Assembly: GCA_964501945.1 (NCBI GenBank)
Contig: CAZCTY010000003.1
Span: forward strand, 1 to 54,079
Length of the DNA stretch: 54,079 nt
Direction of reading: 5' to 3'
Source of the DNA: an uncultured Methanosarcinales archaeon
GTDB lineage: Archaea; Nanobdellota; Nanobdellia; Woesearchaeales; 21-14-0-10-32-9
The position numbers and the translations under genes were made by a program. Of the stretch, positions 1 through 10,242 are shown in pieces. Position 1 is the stretch's first letter; every line of letters starts with the position of its first letter. The notes beneath the pieces were generated by a model that saw only the letters and a program-made list of their open reading frames with translations, was not told the origin of the DNA and did no database searches.

Positions 1-258
1 GCACTCACAGGAGGAATAATATATTTCATCGAAACAAACTGGGAAAAAATAACAAATTACATCACCCCCCAACAAATCATGACAAGAACAGGGGAGATGG
101 CAATGGATAGCGCGGCTGAGGCAGATGTTATGATGGAGACAATCTCAGCAGAACCAACAACGGGGATGATGATCGCGCCATGGTTCCTCGCAGGAGCAGC
201 ATTTACAATACTCATAATGGTAGCATACGAATTCTCAAAAAAAAATAAAAAAGAATAA
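1..258 (+). CDS. 3' end of a membrane protein, truncated by the window edge (hydrophobic segments and a basic C-terminal tail)
   Basis: Frame 1 is open from base 1 to TAA at 256-258 and reads ALTGGIIYFIE...APWFLAGAAFTILIMVAYEFSKKNKKE*. Translated by hand; not in the ORF track. Confidence 0.7.
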   Translation, partial: ALTGGIIYFIETNWEKITNYITPQQIMTRTGEMAMDSAAEADVMMETISAEPTTGMMIAPWFLAGAAFTILIMVAYEFSKKNKKE

Positions 259-267
259 GAAAGATAA

Positions 268-1506
268 TTATTTTTTTAACAATAACTTAGTTTCTTTTTT
301 ATAATCCTCAACACTAGGCTGATTGAAAGCATCAACACCAAGTAAATGCGCAAGAATCACAACCTCTAACATTTTAGACTGCATAAAAAAACCAAGCTCA
401 AACGCAGATTTTTCTTTTAAACAATAATGATTAAACGGAAGCTTATTTTTTTTATAAGCCCTCATAGTACCTTTTAAAATAGCATCTAAAATTTCTTGAA
501 AAGAAAAACCCTGAAAATCAGGCAACCCCGCCAAGTTCTTAGGCACAGATAATCCCTTTTGATTTTCAACACTAATAAAACTAGTAAATTTATCCCTAGG
601 CCCACCAATATAAAGCTGACCCACGGAGTGCAAATCAACACTACCCATTGAAACAGTAGGCGTAATACCGCAAAAAACCTCCTCGCCAAGAAGATTAAAA
701 CGCTTACCAACACTCTCACCTAATAACTGACGATACCACTTACCCAAAGATTCCAAGTCAGAGCTGAAAAAAAACAAATCATAAATATTTTTACCCTCTA
801 AATAATTATTATACAAATCCAAAGCGCCCTTGAATGAAACGTTTTGCTTGTTAAAACTAATAACCGCTTCACGAGCACCTAAAAGCAAGGATTTAACATC
901 AATCCCCGCAAATAATAAAGGAAATAAGCCAACATTACTAAAAACAGAATAACGACCACCAACGAGCCTTGGAATAAACAGAGAATTAAAACCATTACGC
1001 TCCGCGTAAACAGATAGCATAGAACCCTCATCAGTTATTACAACAACTCTATCTTTACGCTTGGATACAGGGATTTTTTTTAAAAACACCTCGAAGTTAG
1101 CAACAGACTCAGTAGTTGTGCCAGATTTACTAATGAACGCTAATAAAAATTTTTTATTTTTACAAGCACTCAAAATACTCAAAGTATTATCAGAATCAAC
1201 AGTATCTGCAAAAAAAACCTTTTTTTTATCAAACAAATTATGATACTTACCTTTAATAGCCTCAATGAGAGCCATAGCACCAAGATTAGAACCACCAATC
1301 CCCACAACGACTAAAATGTCAACGTCTTCCATTTTTTTTAAAAGAGAAGATGACTGCGCAACGAAATCAGAATCAAAAGGCAATAAAAGAGAAGAATAAC
1401 AAGACTCATAACTCTTCAACAAATCCTCATTAATACCTTTTATAAGACTTAAAGCCTCGCTTGAACCAAGGACTTTTCTTTTAGAATAATCTTTTACAAA
1501 TCTCAT
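268..1506 (-). CDS. pgi: Glucose-6-phosphate isomerase (bacterial/eukaryotic PGI family)
   Basis: Motifs GIGGSNLG, SKSGTTTES, VGGRYSVFS, DLHSVGQL, FNQPSVEDYK. 4-bp overlap with tal. Confidence 0.93.
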   Translation of the reverse strand: MRFVKDYSKRKVLGSSEALSLIKGINEDLLKSYESCYSSLLLPFDSDFVAQSSSLLKKMEDVDILVVVGIGGSNLGAMALIEAIKGKYHNLFDKKKVFFADTVDSDNTLSILSACKNKKFLLAFISKSGTTTESVANFEVFLKKIPVSKRKDRVVVITDEGSMLSVYAERNGFNSLFIPRLVGGRYSVFSNVGLFPLLFAGIDVKSLLLGAREAVISFNKQNVSFKGALDLYNNYLEGKNIYDLFFFSSDLESLGKWYRQLLGESVGKRFNLLGEEVFCGITPTVSMGSVDLHSVGQLYIGGPRDKFTSFISVENQKGLSVPKNLAGLPDFQGFSFQEILDAILKGTMRAYKKNKLPFNHYCLKEKSAFELGFFMQSKMLEVVILAHLLGVDAFNQPSVEDYKKETKLLLKK

Positions 1507-2309
1507 TTTTTAGTTAAAGCAACATACTCCGATACAACGTCTTCTTCAAATTTTTTAACGCCCTCAAGTGTTTTATCATGAATTAAAACCTCATTAAATA
1601 AACTGAAAGGAATTGTCGCAATGTGCGCATTCACCTCAAAACACTCCCTGACCTGCCTCGCATTCCTCAAAGAAGCCGCAATCACCTCAGTTTTTAAATT
1701 ATGCTTATCTAATAAATTAACACATTTTTTAACTAAATCAACACCAGAAACAATGCCCCCGTCATTAAGCAAAACACCATCTTTAACAAAGCCATCTTTA
1801 GGAAAATAATCCCCCTTACCATACTCAACGCTAGCAGAATCCCTTAAAAAATCATCAAAACGACCAACAAAAGGACTGACAAATTTAGCACCCGCCTTCG
1901 CCGCGAGTAAAGCCTGCTCAGGAGAGAAAATAAGAGTCGCATTAACAGGAATCTTCATCTTAGAAACCTCAGAGATGACCTTTAAACCATCAACTAAAGA
2001 ATCTTTAGAACCAGACAAACAAATAGGAATTTTTATACAAACATTCCTCGCCGTATGATTAAACATCTTATAAAGAGCCCTAGCCTCCTCAATAGCCTCT
2101 TCAGGAGAAGTCTTAGTAATCTCTAAGCTAACATGCAACCTATTCATACACTTGAGCAAGGACCTAATATAAATCTCCAAATCATCAATTTTACTCTCAG
2201 ATAAAGCCTTTTTTAAAAGAGAAGGATTAGTAGTAACCCCCTCAACAATACCCCACTTAGACGCAATCTCAACTTCATTCAATAAAGCACTATCTAAAAA
2301 AAACTTCAT
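1503..2309 (-). CDS. tal: Transaldolase (TalC/Fsa family, transaldolase-type residues)
   Basis: MKFFLDSA start (2309 preferred over the track's 2333), GVTTNPS, Schiff-base Lys in IKIP, AASLR. Glu in SLE and Phe in SPFVGR point to Tal rather than Fsa. Confidence 0.9.
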   Translation of the reverse strand: MKFFLDSALLNEVEIASKWGIVEGVTTNPSLLKKALSESKIDDLEIYIRSLLKCMNRLHVSLEITKTSPEEAIEEARALYKMFNHTARNVCIKIPICLSGSKDSLVDGLKVISEVSKMKIPVNATLIFSPEQALLAAKAGAKFVSPFVGRFDDFLRDSASVEYGKGDYFPKDGFVKDGVLLNDGGIVSGVDLVKKCVNLLDKHNLKTEVIAASLRNARQVRECFEVNAHIATIPFSLFNEVLIHDKTLEGVKKFEEDVVSEYVALTKK

Positions 2310-2423
2310 AAATATAACCTCACAAATAAACAAAATAACTTATCTTTTTAAATATTTTTATAAAAAAATTGCATAATATTTTTAAACATACAAAACAATT
2401 ATAATGTAAAGGGGTGCTAATTA

Positions 2424-3071
2424 TTGAAAAAATCAAATATAATACCAACAATATTCTCAACAAATAAAAAAGAATTTGATAAAAAATTAAACACACTACT
2501 ACCAATAACAAAAAAAATACAAATAGATATAATGGATGGCGTATTTGTATTAACTAAATCAGTAAACCCCAAATACATACCAGACCTCAAAGCATATGAT
2601 AAAGATTTTGAAGCGCACCTAATGGTATGCGAGCCAAAAAAATATTTTGAAAAAATAAAAAATAAAGGATTTAAAAAAATAATATTCCACATAGAATCCT
2701 TTACGAGCTTAACTGACGTAATACAATTTAAAAAATTTCTAAAAAAACAAAAAATAACACATGTCCTAGCAATAAACCCAAGAACCCGACTTGATGAGCT
2801 AATAATAAAAAACTTTGATTTCTTTTTAATTATGGGAGTACAACCAGGAAAAGAAAAACAAACACTAAAACAATCAACATACAATAAAATAAAAATAATA
2901 CGAAGAGAAAAACCAAACGCCAAAATACAAATAGATGGAGGAGTAAACCCAAAGAACGCAAGTAAACTATTTAAAACAGGAGCAAACTATCTAAATTCGG
3001 GCTCATACATAAGCTCAAATAAAGACCCAAAAAAAGCATTAAAAACATTAATAGAACAAAATAAGAGGTGA
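2424..3071 (+). CDS. rpe: Ribulose-phosphate 3-epimerase
   Basis: IDIMDGVFV, FEAHLMV, IMGVQPGKEKQ, IQIDGGVN motifs. TTG start. First metal His appears replaced by Gln (KKIQID). Confidence 0.9.
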   Translation: MKKSNIIPTIFSTNKKEFDKKLNTLLPITKKIQIDIMDGVFVLTKSVNPKYIPDLKAYDKDFEAHLMVCEPKKYFEKIKNKGFKKIIFHIESFTSLTDVIQFKKFLKKQKITHVLAINPRTRLDELIIKNFDFFLIMGVQPGKEKQTLKQSTYNKIKIIRREKPNAKIQIDGGVNPKNASKLFKTGANYLNSGSYISSNKDPKKALKTLIEQNKR

Positions 3072-3907
3072 ATTTTTTGAATGCACGAGCACACGGATTA
3101 AGCATTATTGCAAACACAATAAGACACGACATAATTAATATGCTAACAGAATCAAAATCAGGCCACACCGCAGGACCATTAGGCCTCGCAGATATATTCG
3201 CAGCACTATATTTTGATTACATAAACATTAACCCAAAAAAACCAAATGATGAAAATCGAGATTATTTAATTTTAAGCAACGGACACGTATGCCCAGTATT
3301 ATACGCAGCACTTGCAAACAAAGAATTTTTTGACAAAGAAGAATTATACAACCTACGAAAACTTGGAACAAGACTACAAGGACACCCACACAGAGAAGCA
3401 CTACCCGGACTTGAAACTACATCAGGACCTTTAGGATCAGGATTAAGCCAAGCCGCAGGAAAAGCACTAGTACTTAAGAGAAAAGAGAAAAAAAACAAAG
3501 TAGTATGCATATGCTCAGATGGAGAACACCAAGAAGGAAACCACTGGGAAGCAATCATGCTCGCAGCAAAATACAAACTAGGCAACCTAATAGTAATAGT
3601 AGATAGAAACAGAATACAAATAGATGGAAACACAGAAGATATAATGCCCTTAAAATCATTAAAAGAAAAATACTTATCATTTGGATGGGGCGCCATTGAG
3701 ATAAATGGAAATGACATGACCCAAATAATAAAAGCACTAGATAAAACAAAACACTACAGAACGCACCCATTAGTAATTATCGCAAATACAACGCCCGGAA
3801 AAGGAGTTAGCTTCATCGAAAACAACTACAAATGGCATGGAAAAACACCAACAAAGGAAGAGGCAGAGAGAGCAATATATGAATTGAAAAAGAAGAGGAT
3901 AGCTTAA
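3068..3907 (+). CDS. tkt: Transketolase, N-terminal (TPP-binding) subunit
   Basis: SGHTAGPLG, LSNGHVCP, LQGHP, TTSGPLGSGLS, SDGEHQEG...VDRN, WHGK. Confidence 0.93.
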   Translation: MNFLNARAHGLSIIANTIRHDIINMLTESKSGHTAGPLGLADIFAALYFDYININPKKPNDENRDYLILSNGHVCPVLYAALANKEFFDKEELYNLRKLGTRLQGHPHREALPGLETTSGPLGSGLSQAAGKALVLKRKEKKNKVVCICSDGEHQEGNHWEAIMLAAKYKLGNLIVIVDRNRIQIDGNTEDIMPLKSLKEKYLSFGWGAIEINGNDMTQIIKALDKTKHYRTHPLVIIANTTPGKGVSFIENNYKWHGKTPTKEEAERAIYELKKKRIA

Positions 3908-3909
3908 AA

Positions 3910-4866
3910 ATGATTAGAAAGACATTGTTCAAGAAAGAAGAAAAAGACTCCACGAGAAAAGGATTTGGACGAGGACTTGTTAGAGCAGGAGATGAAAATG
4001 AAAATGTATGGGCACTCACAGCAGACCTATCGGGTTCAACATGTACAAAGGACTTTGAGAAAAAATACCCAGAGAGATTCGTACAAGTAGGAGTTGCAGA
4101 ACAAAACCTCGCAACAGTAGCATCAGGAATTGCAAGCATGAATAAAATACCTTTCGCAACATCATTTGCAGCATTCAGCCCAGGAAGAAATTTAGAACAA
4201 ATAAGAACAACTATATGCTACAACAACCAACCCGTAATAATTGCAAGCACACACACAGGACTCGGCGTAGGAGAAGATGGAGCAACACATCAAGCATTAG
4301 AAGATATTGCAATTATGAGAACCCTGCCAAACATGCAAGTAATAACACCTTGCGATTCAGTGCAAGCAGAAAAAGCAACACTGGCACTTGCAAAAAAAAG
4401 AAAACCAGCATACCTAAGATTAACAAGACAAAACACACCAATAATTACAACAAAAACAACCCCTTTCAAAATAGGCGAAGCGCAAGTACTAATGGATGGA
4501 TGCGACCTAGTCATATTTTCAAACGGACCCATAATATATGAAGCATTAAAAGCCGCACAAGAATTAAAAAAACAAAAAAAGCAAGTAGCCGTAATAAACA
4601 TACACACAATTAAACCAATAGATAAAAAAACAATCATAAAATATGCAAAAAAATGCAAAAAATTCCTAGTTGTTGAAGACCACCAAGTACACGGAGGCCT
4701 AGGCTCTGCTATAGCAGAAGTCCTAATAGAAAATGCCCCAATAAAAGGAGAATTTTTAGGCATAAAAGATAGCTTTGGAGAGTCAGGAAAAGCAGAAGAA
4801 TTATTTTGGAAACACGGACTTACAAGCGAGAAAATAATTACCAAAGCAAAAAAAATAATTAAGTGA
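3910..4866 (+). CDS. tkt: Transketolase, C-terminal (pyrimidine-binding) subunit
   Basis: TADLSGS, GVAEQN, GEDGATHQ, YLRLTR, EDHQVHGGLGS. Confidence 0.93.
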   Translation: MIRKTLFKKEEKDSTRKGFGRGLVRAGDENENVWALTADLSGSTCTKDFEKKYPERFVQVGVAEQNLATVASGIASMNKIPFATSFAAFSPGRNLEQIRTTICYNNQPVIIASTHTGLGVGEDGATHQALEDIAIMRTLPNMQVITPCDSVQAEKATLALAKKRKPAYLRLTRQNTPIITTKTTPFKIGEAQVLMDGCDLVIFSNGPIIYEALKAAQELKKQKKQVAVINIHTIKPIDKKTIIKYAKKCKKFLVVEDHQVHGGLGSAIAEVLIENAPIKGEFLGIKDSFGESGKAEELFWKHGLTSEKIITKAKKIIK

Positions 4867-5723
4867 TAACTATGAGAGATAAAATATTAGTAGGCGATAT
4901 AGGCGGAACTAATAGCAGAGTAGGCATAGTAGAAAATAATAAAATACTGAGCGCAAAAAAATTTCCAACAACAAAAGAGAACCTAGAAAAACACCTAAAA
5001 GAATATATTAAAAAATACAAGATTAAAGGAGTATGCCTTGCATGCGCAGGACCAAAAAATGAAAACCAAATAAAACTAACAAATAACGATTTAATATTAA
5101 ATAAAAAAAGACTTAAAAAAAAGCTTGGCAAAGAGGTAATTTTGATAAATGATTTTGAAGCATTAGGATATTATGCAAAATACAAAAAAGTAAAAAAAGG
5201 ACTAGTTATAGGAGCAGGCACAGGACTTGGAAAAGTTTTCGTAGATAAAAACGTCACTAGCAGCGAAGGAGGCGAAGTAGAGATTCCATTTAAACTAAAA
5301 GAAAAAGAATACCAAGAATACTTCACTAAAAAATGCAAAAAAGCACCCACATATGAATGCCTCGTATCAGGAAACGGCCTGATAAATTTAAAAAAATTCC
5401 ACTCAAAGAAAAAACTAAAAAAAACAGAGATTGAACCCGAAAACATTTTCTTGAATAAAAAAGAAAAAACAAACGAAAAAACAATAAGAGACTTCTCAAA
5501 GTTTTTAGGAAGATTCATAAAAAACTCATACATAGATTTTAACTGCGAAAAAATATTACTCGCAGGCGGAATAATAAAAAAACACCCGTGGATAATTAAA
5601 AACAAAGAATTTGTAGAAGAACTAAAACAAGATTTTATGAAACAACCAAAAATCACAATAATTAAAGAAAAACACCCAGCACTAGTAGGCGCATACGTAG
5701 CATACAAAGAATTAAAAAAATAA
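4863..5723 (+). CDS. glk: Glucokinase (bacterial Glk-like sugar kinase)
   Basis: LVGDIGGTNSR, CAGP, LINDFEALG, IGAGTGLG, SEGG, YECLVSGNGL, LAGGI. Confidence 0.8.
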   Translation: MITMRDKILVGDIGGTNSRVGIVENNKILSAKKFPTTKENLEKHLKEYIKKYKIKGVCLACAGPKNENQIKLTNNDLILNKKRLKKKLGKEVILINDFEALGYYAKYKKVKKGLVIGAGTGLGKVFVDKNVTSSEGGEVEIPFKLKEKEYQEYFTKKCKKAPTYECLVSGNGLINLKKFHSKKKLKKTEIEPENIFLNKKEKTNEKTIRDFSKFLGRFIKNSYIDFNCEKILLAGGIIKKHPWIIKNKEFVEELKQDFMKQPKITIIKEKHPALVGAYVAYKELKK

Positions 5724-5727
5724 AGAG

Positions 5728-6273
5728 TTAATACTCAGAGAAGTAAAGATCACCAATACACGAATAAGTCACACCATCAGTTCTAGCAACCTCATAAAAA
5801 CCAACAGAATCAACTTTACCCCATAAAACATCTAAATCGAAATAACAAGCACCAGACAAGCCCGTCATCTCTAAAGACTCTTCTTCAAAAGAACGCATTA
5901 TATCATCAACACCTTCTTGACCATAAATTCTATAAATAACCCCTTCGCGATGATCAGTCATACCTCTATCATAACTTAAAATTTCGCTTTCAACAACGCA
6001 CCTATCGCCCTCAAAACCTAAAATGCTAGATTCAATTACAGACCTAGTTGTAAAACCAGCATCCGAACTTTCTTTAATATGAACAATAGATGCAGGACTA
6101 CACTCCTTCGCAGCCTCTAAAAAACAAGAGTTTTCTAAACAATCCCTAGTATTACAATCAGAATTTTCAGTGACAACACCACAATCAGAAACAATTACAG
6201 GAAGAGGATCATCAGATGTACACGCACTAATAAAAAGAACTGCGAATACAAACAAATAAACTAACTTCCTCAT
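5728..6273 (-). CDS. Putative lipoprotein, Cys-rich, unknown function
   Basis: Basic N-terminus, hydrophobic stretch and lipobox-like FISA-C. Further Cys residues in the mature part. Confidence 0.6.
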   Translation of the reverse strand: MRKLVYLFVFAVLFISACTSDDPLPVIVSDCGVVTENSDCNTRDCLENSCFLEAAKECSPASIVHIKESSDAGFTTRSVIESSILGFEGDRCVVESEILSYDRGMTDHREGVIYRIYGQEGVDDIMRSFEEESLEMTGLSGACYFDLDVLWGKVDSVGFYEVARTDGVTYSCIGDLYFSEY

Positions 6274-6374
6274 AAAAATACCTCTTTAAATTAAACTAAA
6301 ACACTAATCCTTTTTATAATTTTCTTTTTCAAACATGATAAAGTTTAAAAAAAAAGACAACACTCTTCAAGAAA

Positions 6375-7565
6375 ATGATAATCGGAGTAGTAGGAAAAGC
6401 AAATGTTGGAAAAAGCACGTTCTTTAAAGCAAGCACACTAGCAGACGTAGAAATCGCAAATTATCCCTTCGCAACAATTAAACCAAATAGCGGAATAGGA
6501 TTTATAAAAATAGATTGCGCAGACAAATTCTTTGAAAAACAATGCAACCCACGAGTAGGATACTGCGTGAATAATAAAAGATTCGTACCAGTAAATATGA
6601 TAGATGTAGCAGGCCTAGTACCAGGCGCACACGAAGGAAAAGGAATGGGCCTAGAATTTCTAAACGATTTAAACCAAGCAGACATACTCATACACGTAAT
6701 AGACGTATCAGGATCAACAAATGATAAAGGAGAACCAGTACCACCAGGAACACACGACCCAGAAAAAGACGTACTATTTTTAGAAAATGAGCTCGACCAC
6801 TGGTATTTGAGTATTTTAAAGAAAACATGGGAGAAATTTTCAAGAGCAGTATCACAAACAAACCAAGAACCAGACAAAGCACTACACAAACAATTCTCAG
6901 GACTTGGAAGCACCGAGGAAATGATAAAAGACATACTCGAAAAAACAAAACTCAAAGAAAAAAAACTCAAAGAATGGGAAGAGGAAGATCTACATACATT
7001 CGCATCAGCACTCAGAGCTAAAACAAAACCCATGATAATTGCCGCAAATAAAATCGATGTAAAAGGAGCAAATGAGAATTTGAAAAAACTACAAGAGAAA
7101 TTTCCAAACACAACCATCGTAGCCTGCAGCGCAGAATCAGAACTCGCACTAAAGGAGGCAGCAAAACACAACATACTAGAATACATACCAGGAGAACAAG
7201 ATTTTAAGATAATAGGAGATGTAACAGAAAAACAAAAAAAAGCACTAGACTTCATAAAAGAAAATATACTCACAAAACAAAGCACAGGCGTACAAGAAAC
7301 ACTAAATAAAGCAATCCTAGACAACCTAGAATACATCCCCATATTCCCCGGAGGCGTAAGCAAACTAGAAGATCAACACGGCAACGTTTTACCAGATTGC
7401 TTTTTACTAAAAAAAGGAAGCACAACCCTGGATTTCGCATATAAAATACACACAGATCTAGGACAAAACTTTATTAGAGCAATAGATGTAAAAACAAAGA
7501 GAACCGTAGGAAAAGAACACGTATTAAACCCAGGAGATGTAATTGAAATAATAAGCGATAAATAA
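6375..7565 (+). CDS. ychF: Obg-family translation-associated GTPase/ATPase (YchF/Ygr210-like) with C-terminal TGS domain
   Basis: GKANVGKST, NYPFATI, DVAGLV, NKID. TGS domain motif FAYKIHTDLG...RAID. Confidence 0.9.
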   Translation: MIIGVVGKANVGKSTFFKASTLADVEIANYPFATIKPNSGIGFIKIDCADKFFEKQCNPRVGYCVNNKRFVPVNMIDVAGLVPGAHEGKGMGLEFLNDLNQADILIHVIDVSGSTNDKGEPVPPGTHDPEKDVLFLENELDHWYLSILKKTWEKFSRAVSQTNQEPDKALHKQFSGLGSTEEMIKDILEKTKLKEKKLKEWEEEDLHTFASALRAKTKPMIIAANKIDVKGANENLKKLQEKFPNTTIVACSAESELALKEAAKHNILEYIPGEQDFKIIGDVTEKQKKALDFIKENILTKQSTGVQETLNKAILDNLEYIPIFPGGVSKLEDQHGNVLPDCFLLKKGSTTLDFAYKIHTDLGQNFIRAIDVKTKRTVGKEHVLNPGDVIEIISDK

Positions 7566-7568
7566 AAA

Positions 7569-8126
7569 TTAAAAATAATTAACAACAACAAAGGCCACAG
7601 CAGAATACTTAATTACCAAACCAAGCAAAGAAAAAATAAGAATCCTTCTATAAGAATACCTAATCAAACCAGCAGCCAAAGTCAAAAGAGGAGATGAGAG
7701 AGGCAAAACATTAAAAACAAAAATTATAGGATCACCATACTTCTCAACCCTACCCTGATATTTCTGCAACTTTTTCTCAGAAATAAATTTAGTTAAAAAA
7801 GATTTACTAAAAGCAAACCCAATAAGATAATCAATAGACAAAGCACAAATAGCAGTAAAAACAGCAACAAAAACCAATAAAAAAGGAGAACCACCAAGAC
7901 GCACAAGCTGAATAAATAATAACTCAACAAAAGTCATAGTAAAAAACAAATAACCAGAAAAATTAATTAACGCATAAGAGAAAACACTAATACCCTCACC
8001 AGTTAAAAAAGTATTAAGCAAAGGCAAAAACAAAATAACAGAACCAAACAATAAACCAAACAAACCAACAAAGAAATGATAATTCCTACGCTTAAAACTA
8101 CCCAAACCCCGACACCCCCAAATCAA
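7569..8126 (-). CDS. DedA/VTT (SNARE-associated) family membrane protein
   Basis: Several TM segments, DYLIG, KYG...FNVLPL...LAAGLIRYSYRRILIFSLLG pattern. Confidence 0.75.
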   Translation of the reverse strand: MIWGCRGLGSFKRRNYHFFVGLFGLLFGSVILFLPLLNTFLTGEGISVFSYALINFSGYLFFTMTFVELLFIQLVRLGGSPFLLVFVAVFTAICALSIDYLIGFAFSKSFLTKFISEKKLQKYQGRVEKYGDPIIFVFNVLPLSSPLLTLAAGLIRYSYRRILIFSLLGLVIKYSAVAFVVVNYF

Positions 8127-8150
8127 AAAAAATAAAAAAAATAAAAAAAA

Positions 8151-8576
8151 TTATTCTATATCAACAATTTTTATTTTAAAATTCAAATTCTGACCAGCCA
8201 AAGGATGATTCAAATCAATAACAATATTCTCATCCTCAACTTCAAGAACCTGAACAGGGAACTGCTGACCATCAGGAGATGTCACAGCAAGAGTCATACC
8301 AGGCTTAATCTCGCCAGGAATATTAATTTTTTCTTTAGGCACTTTTTGCTTCAATTCATCATTCCTCTCACCATAAGCATCTTCAGGCTTCAATTTCACT
8401 TCTTTTTCCTCATCCTTTTTCATACCCATAACAGCAGCATCAAAACCTTTGATGACCTTACCACTACCAGCTTCAAATTCTAAAGGATCCTTACCCTCAG
8501 AGGAATCAAAAACCCTACCATCATCAAGACTACCAGTATAATGTATTTTAACTTTACTTCCTTTTTTTACTTCCAT
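8151..8576 (-). CDS. slyD: FKBP-type peptidyl-prolyl cis-trans isomerase (SlyD-like, without His-rich tail)
   Basis: VKIHYTGSLDDGRVFDSS, VIKGFD, PEDAYG, IDLNHPLAG. Start at MEVKKG preferred (track start 8591). Confidence 0.93.
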   Translation of the reverse strand: MEVKKGSKVKIHYTGSLDDGRVFDSSEGKDPLEFEAGSGKVIKGFDAAVMGMKKDEEKEVKLKPEDAYGERNDELKQKVPKEKINIPGEIKPGMTLAVTSPDGQQFPVQVLEVEDENIVIDLNHPLAGQNLNFKIKIVDIE

Positions 8577-8722
8577 TTTTTTCAACTCCAAATAATAAAA
8601 AAACAGCCTCCCGCCAAAAAAACAAATAGAAAAAAAAGACGAATAAAAAACTGTTCTTTAATCTTAAAAGAACTAAAATGACCCTTTTTTTATAAGTTTT
8701 TTGCATAAAAAAAAGAAAAAAA

Positions 8723-9676
8723 TCACAAAAAGCCAATAAGTAACAAAGCCACAAAATAACCCACAAAACAACCCGCACTAATAAAAGGCATCGCAGGATA
8801 ATACCTGTCTTTTTTCCCAAAAACAAACAAGAATAACAAAGAAACACCCGCAAAAAAAGAAATTAAAAAAGCATAACCAAACGCAACAGAACTAGAAAAA
8901 CCAGCCTCCAATAACTGAACCAAGAAAACAGCTGCAAAAATTAGAGGAAACGCAATATCCCCCCCGCCAAGAATACCCATCCTAACACCTTTAGATTTAT
9001 TTTTAGATTTACCTGATCGAGAAGACTTGCTTACATGAGAGGAAGTTATAGAACCAGATTTTTCATTATACGCCAAAGATAAACCAGGAAATAAATTCGC
9101 ACTTTTAGCAAACTTCGCCATCTCAACCATGTGCTTACTCTTCCAAACAGCATACGCATCATAAATACTAACCAAAATTAAAAGAACAATAGCATAAAAA
9201 ACATTAAGCAAAGGCGCCAACAATAAAGCAATACCAGGATAAATAAAAATCTCAGTTAAATTATGAATAATCAAACCAGACCTATAAATCTTCCAAGCAC
9301 CAAGAATTAAAGCAAGAAGCCAACCTAAAAGAGAACTTTGAGTTAAAACACCAAAAGACACACTCATAGTTATAACAGATGCTAAAAAAAACCAATGCTT
9401 CCAAATATTCACCTTATTTAAACGAGATAATAATAAAAGAATCACAGTACCAATAAAAACACCAATAACTATAGCAAAAATAGTCTCCTCACCCTCAACA
9501 TCAGGCCTCTCACCAACAGTAGTATTAGAAAAAACCACTTCTCGAACAACAACCTCATCCTCAACAGATGTAACAATGTCAGAACCCAAAATAACAAGAC
9601 CTAAACCAATTACCTGAGTTATTAAAAACAAACTCATAAAAAAAATGAGTACTTGCTGGGAATGCTTCATCACCAT
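8723..9676 (-). CDS. Presenilin-family intramembrane aspartyl protease (PSH)
   Basis: About 9 TM segments with YD (SIYDAYAVW), GxGD (LGGGD) and PAL-like (PAMP) motifs. Confidence 0.88.
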   Translation of the reverse strand: MVMKHSQQVLIFFMSLFLITQVIGLGLVILGSDIVTSVEDEVVVREVVFSNTTVGERPDVEGEETIFAIVIGVFIGTVILLLLSRLNKVNIWKHWFFLASVITMSVSFGVLTQSSLLGWLLALILGAWKIYRSGLIIHNLTEIFIYPGIALLLAPLLNVFYAIVLLILVSIYDAYAVWKSKHMVEMAKFAKSANLFPGLSLAYNEKSGSITSSHVSKSSRSGKSKNKSKGVRMGILGGGDIAFPLIFAAVFLVQLLEAGFSSSVAFGYAFLISFFAGVSLLFLFVFGKKDRYYPAMPFISAGCFVGYFVALLLIGFL

Positions 9677-9778
9677 AAAAGACTTAAGCCTTATTTATAA
9701 TTGTTACGTAAAAAAAAGTAAAAACACAATACAAACGTAGCAAAATATTTAAAAAGAAAAGTATTGATTAAAATAAAT

Positions 9779-10225
9779 ATGAAAATAACAAAAAAAATAG
9801 GTTTAATTATCAGCTTGATTTTTCTACTAACAATTACAGCGTGCAGCTCAGATTACGTCTGCCCAGACGGAACCGTCGTAGACGACCCACAAAAATGCGA
9901 AACAACACCACAACCAGTTATACGAGACATACAAGCAGAGAGAACAGTAGATAATTACGCATCAGCATACGCAAGAGCCCTAGGAGTAACACATAGCAGA
10001 ATAAACACATACAGACACGAAGGTAATTGGCACTCAGTTGTATTATTCACAGATACAAGAGAAGGCAAAGTAAACACAGTCACATTCGAAATAGACGGCG
10101 TAACCGCAACAGTTAACTGCTATGACGGATGCGAATACTTGGAGCGAGAAGAAATAGACGATGTAGAGGAAGAAATAGAACAAAACGAAGAGACAAACAC
10201 AAGTTCAGGCTTTAGCGTTTATTAA
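9779..10225 (+). CDS. Putative lipoprotein with CPDG-x-C motif
   Basis: MKITKK, hydrophobic stretch, lipobox-like ITA-C, then CPDGTVVDDPQKC. Acidic C-terminal tail. ATG 9779 preferred over TTG 9764. Confidence 0.6.
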   Translation: MKITKKIGLIISLIFLLTITACSSDYVCPDGTVVDDPQKCETTPQPVIRDIQAERTVDNYASAYARALGVTHSRINTYRHEGNWHSVVLFTDTREGKVNTVTFEIDGVTATVNCYDGCEYLEREEIDDVEEEIEQNEETNTSSGFSVY

Positions 10226-10242
10226 AAAAAAGAGGTTTTTAA

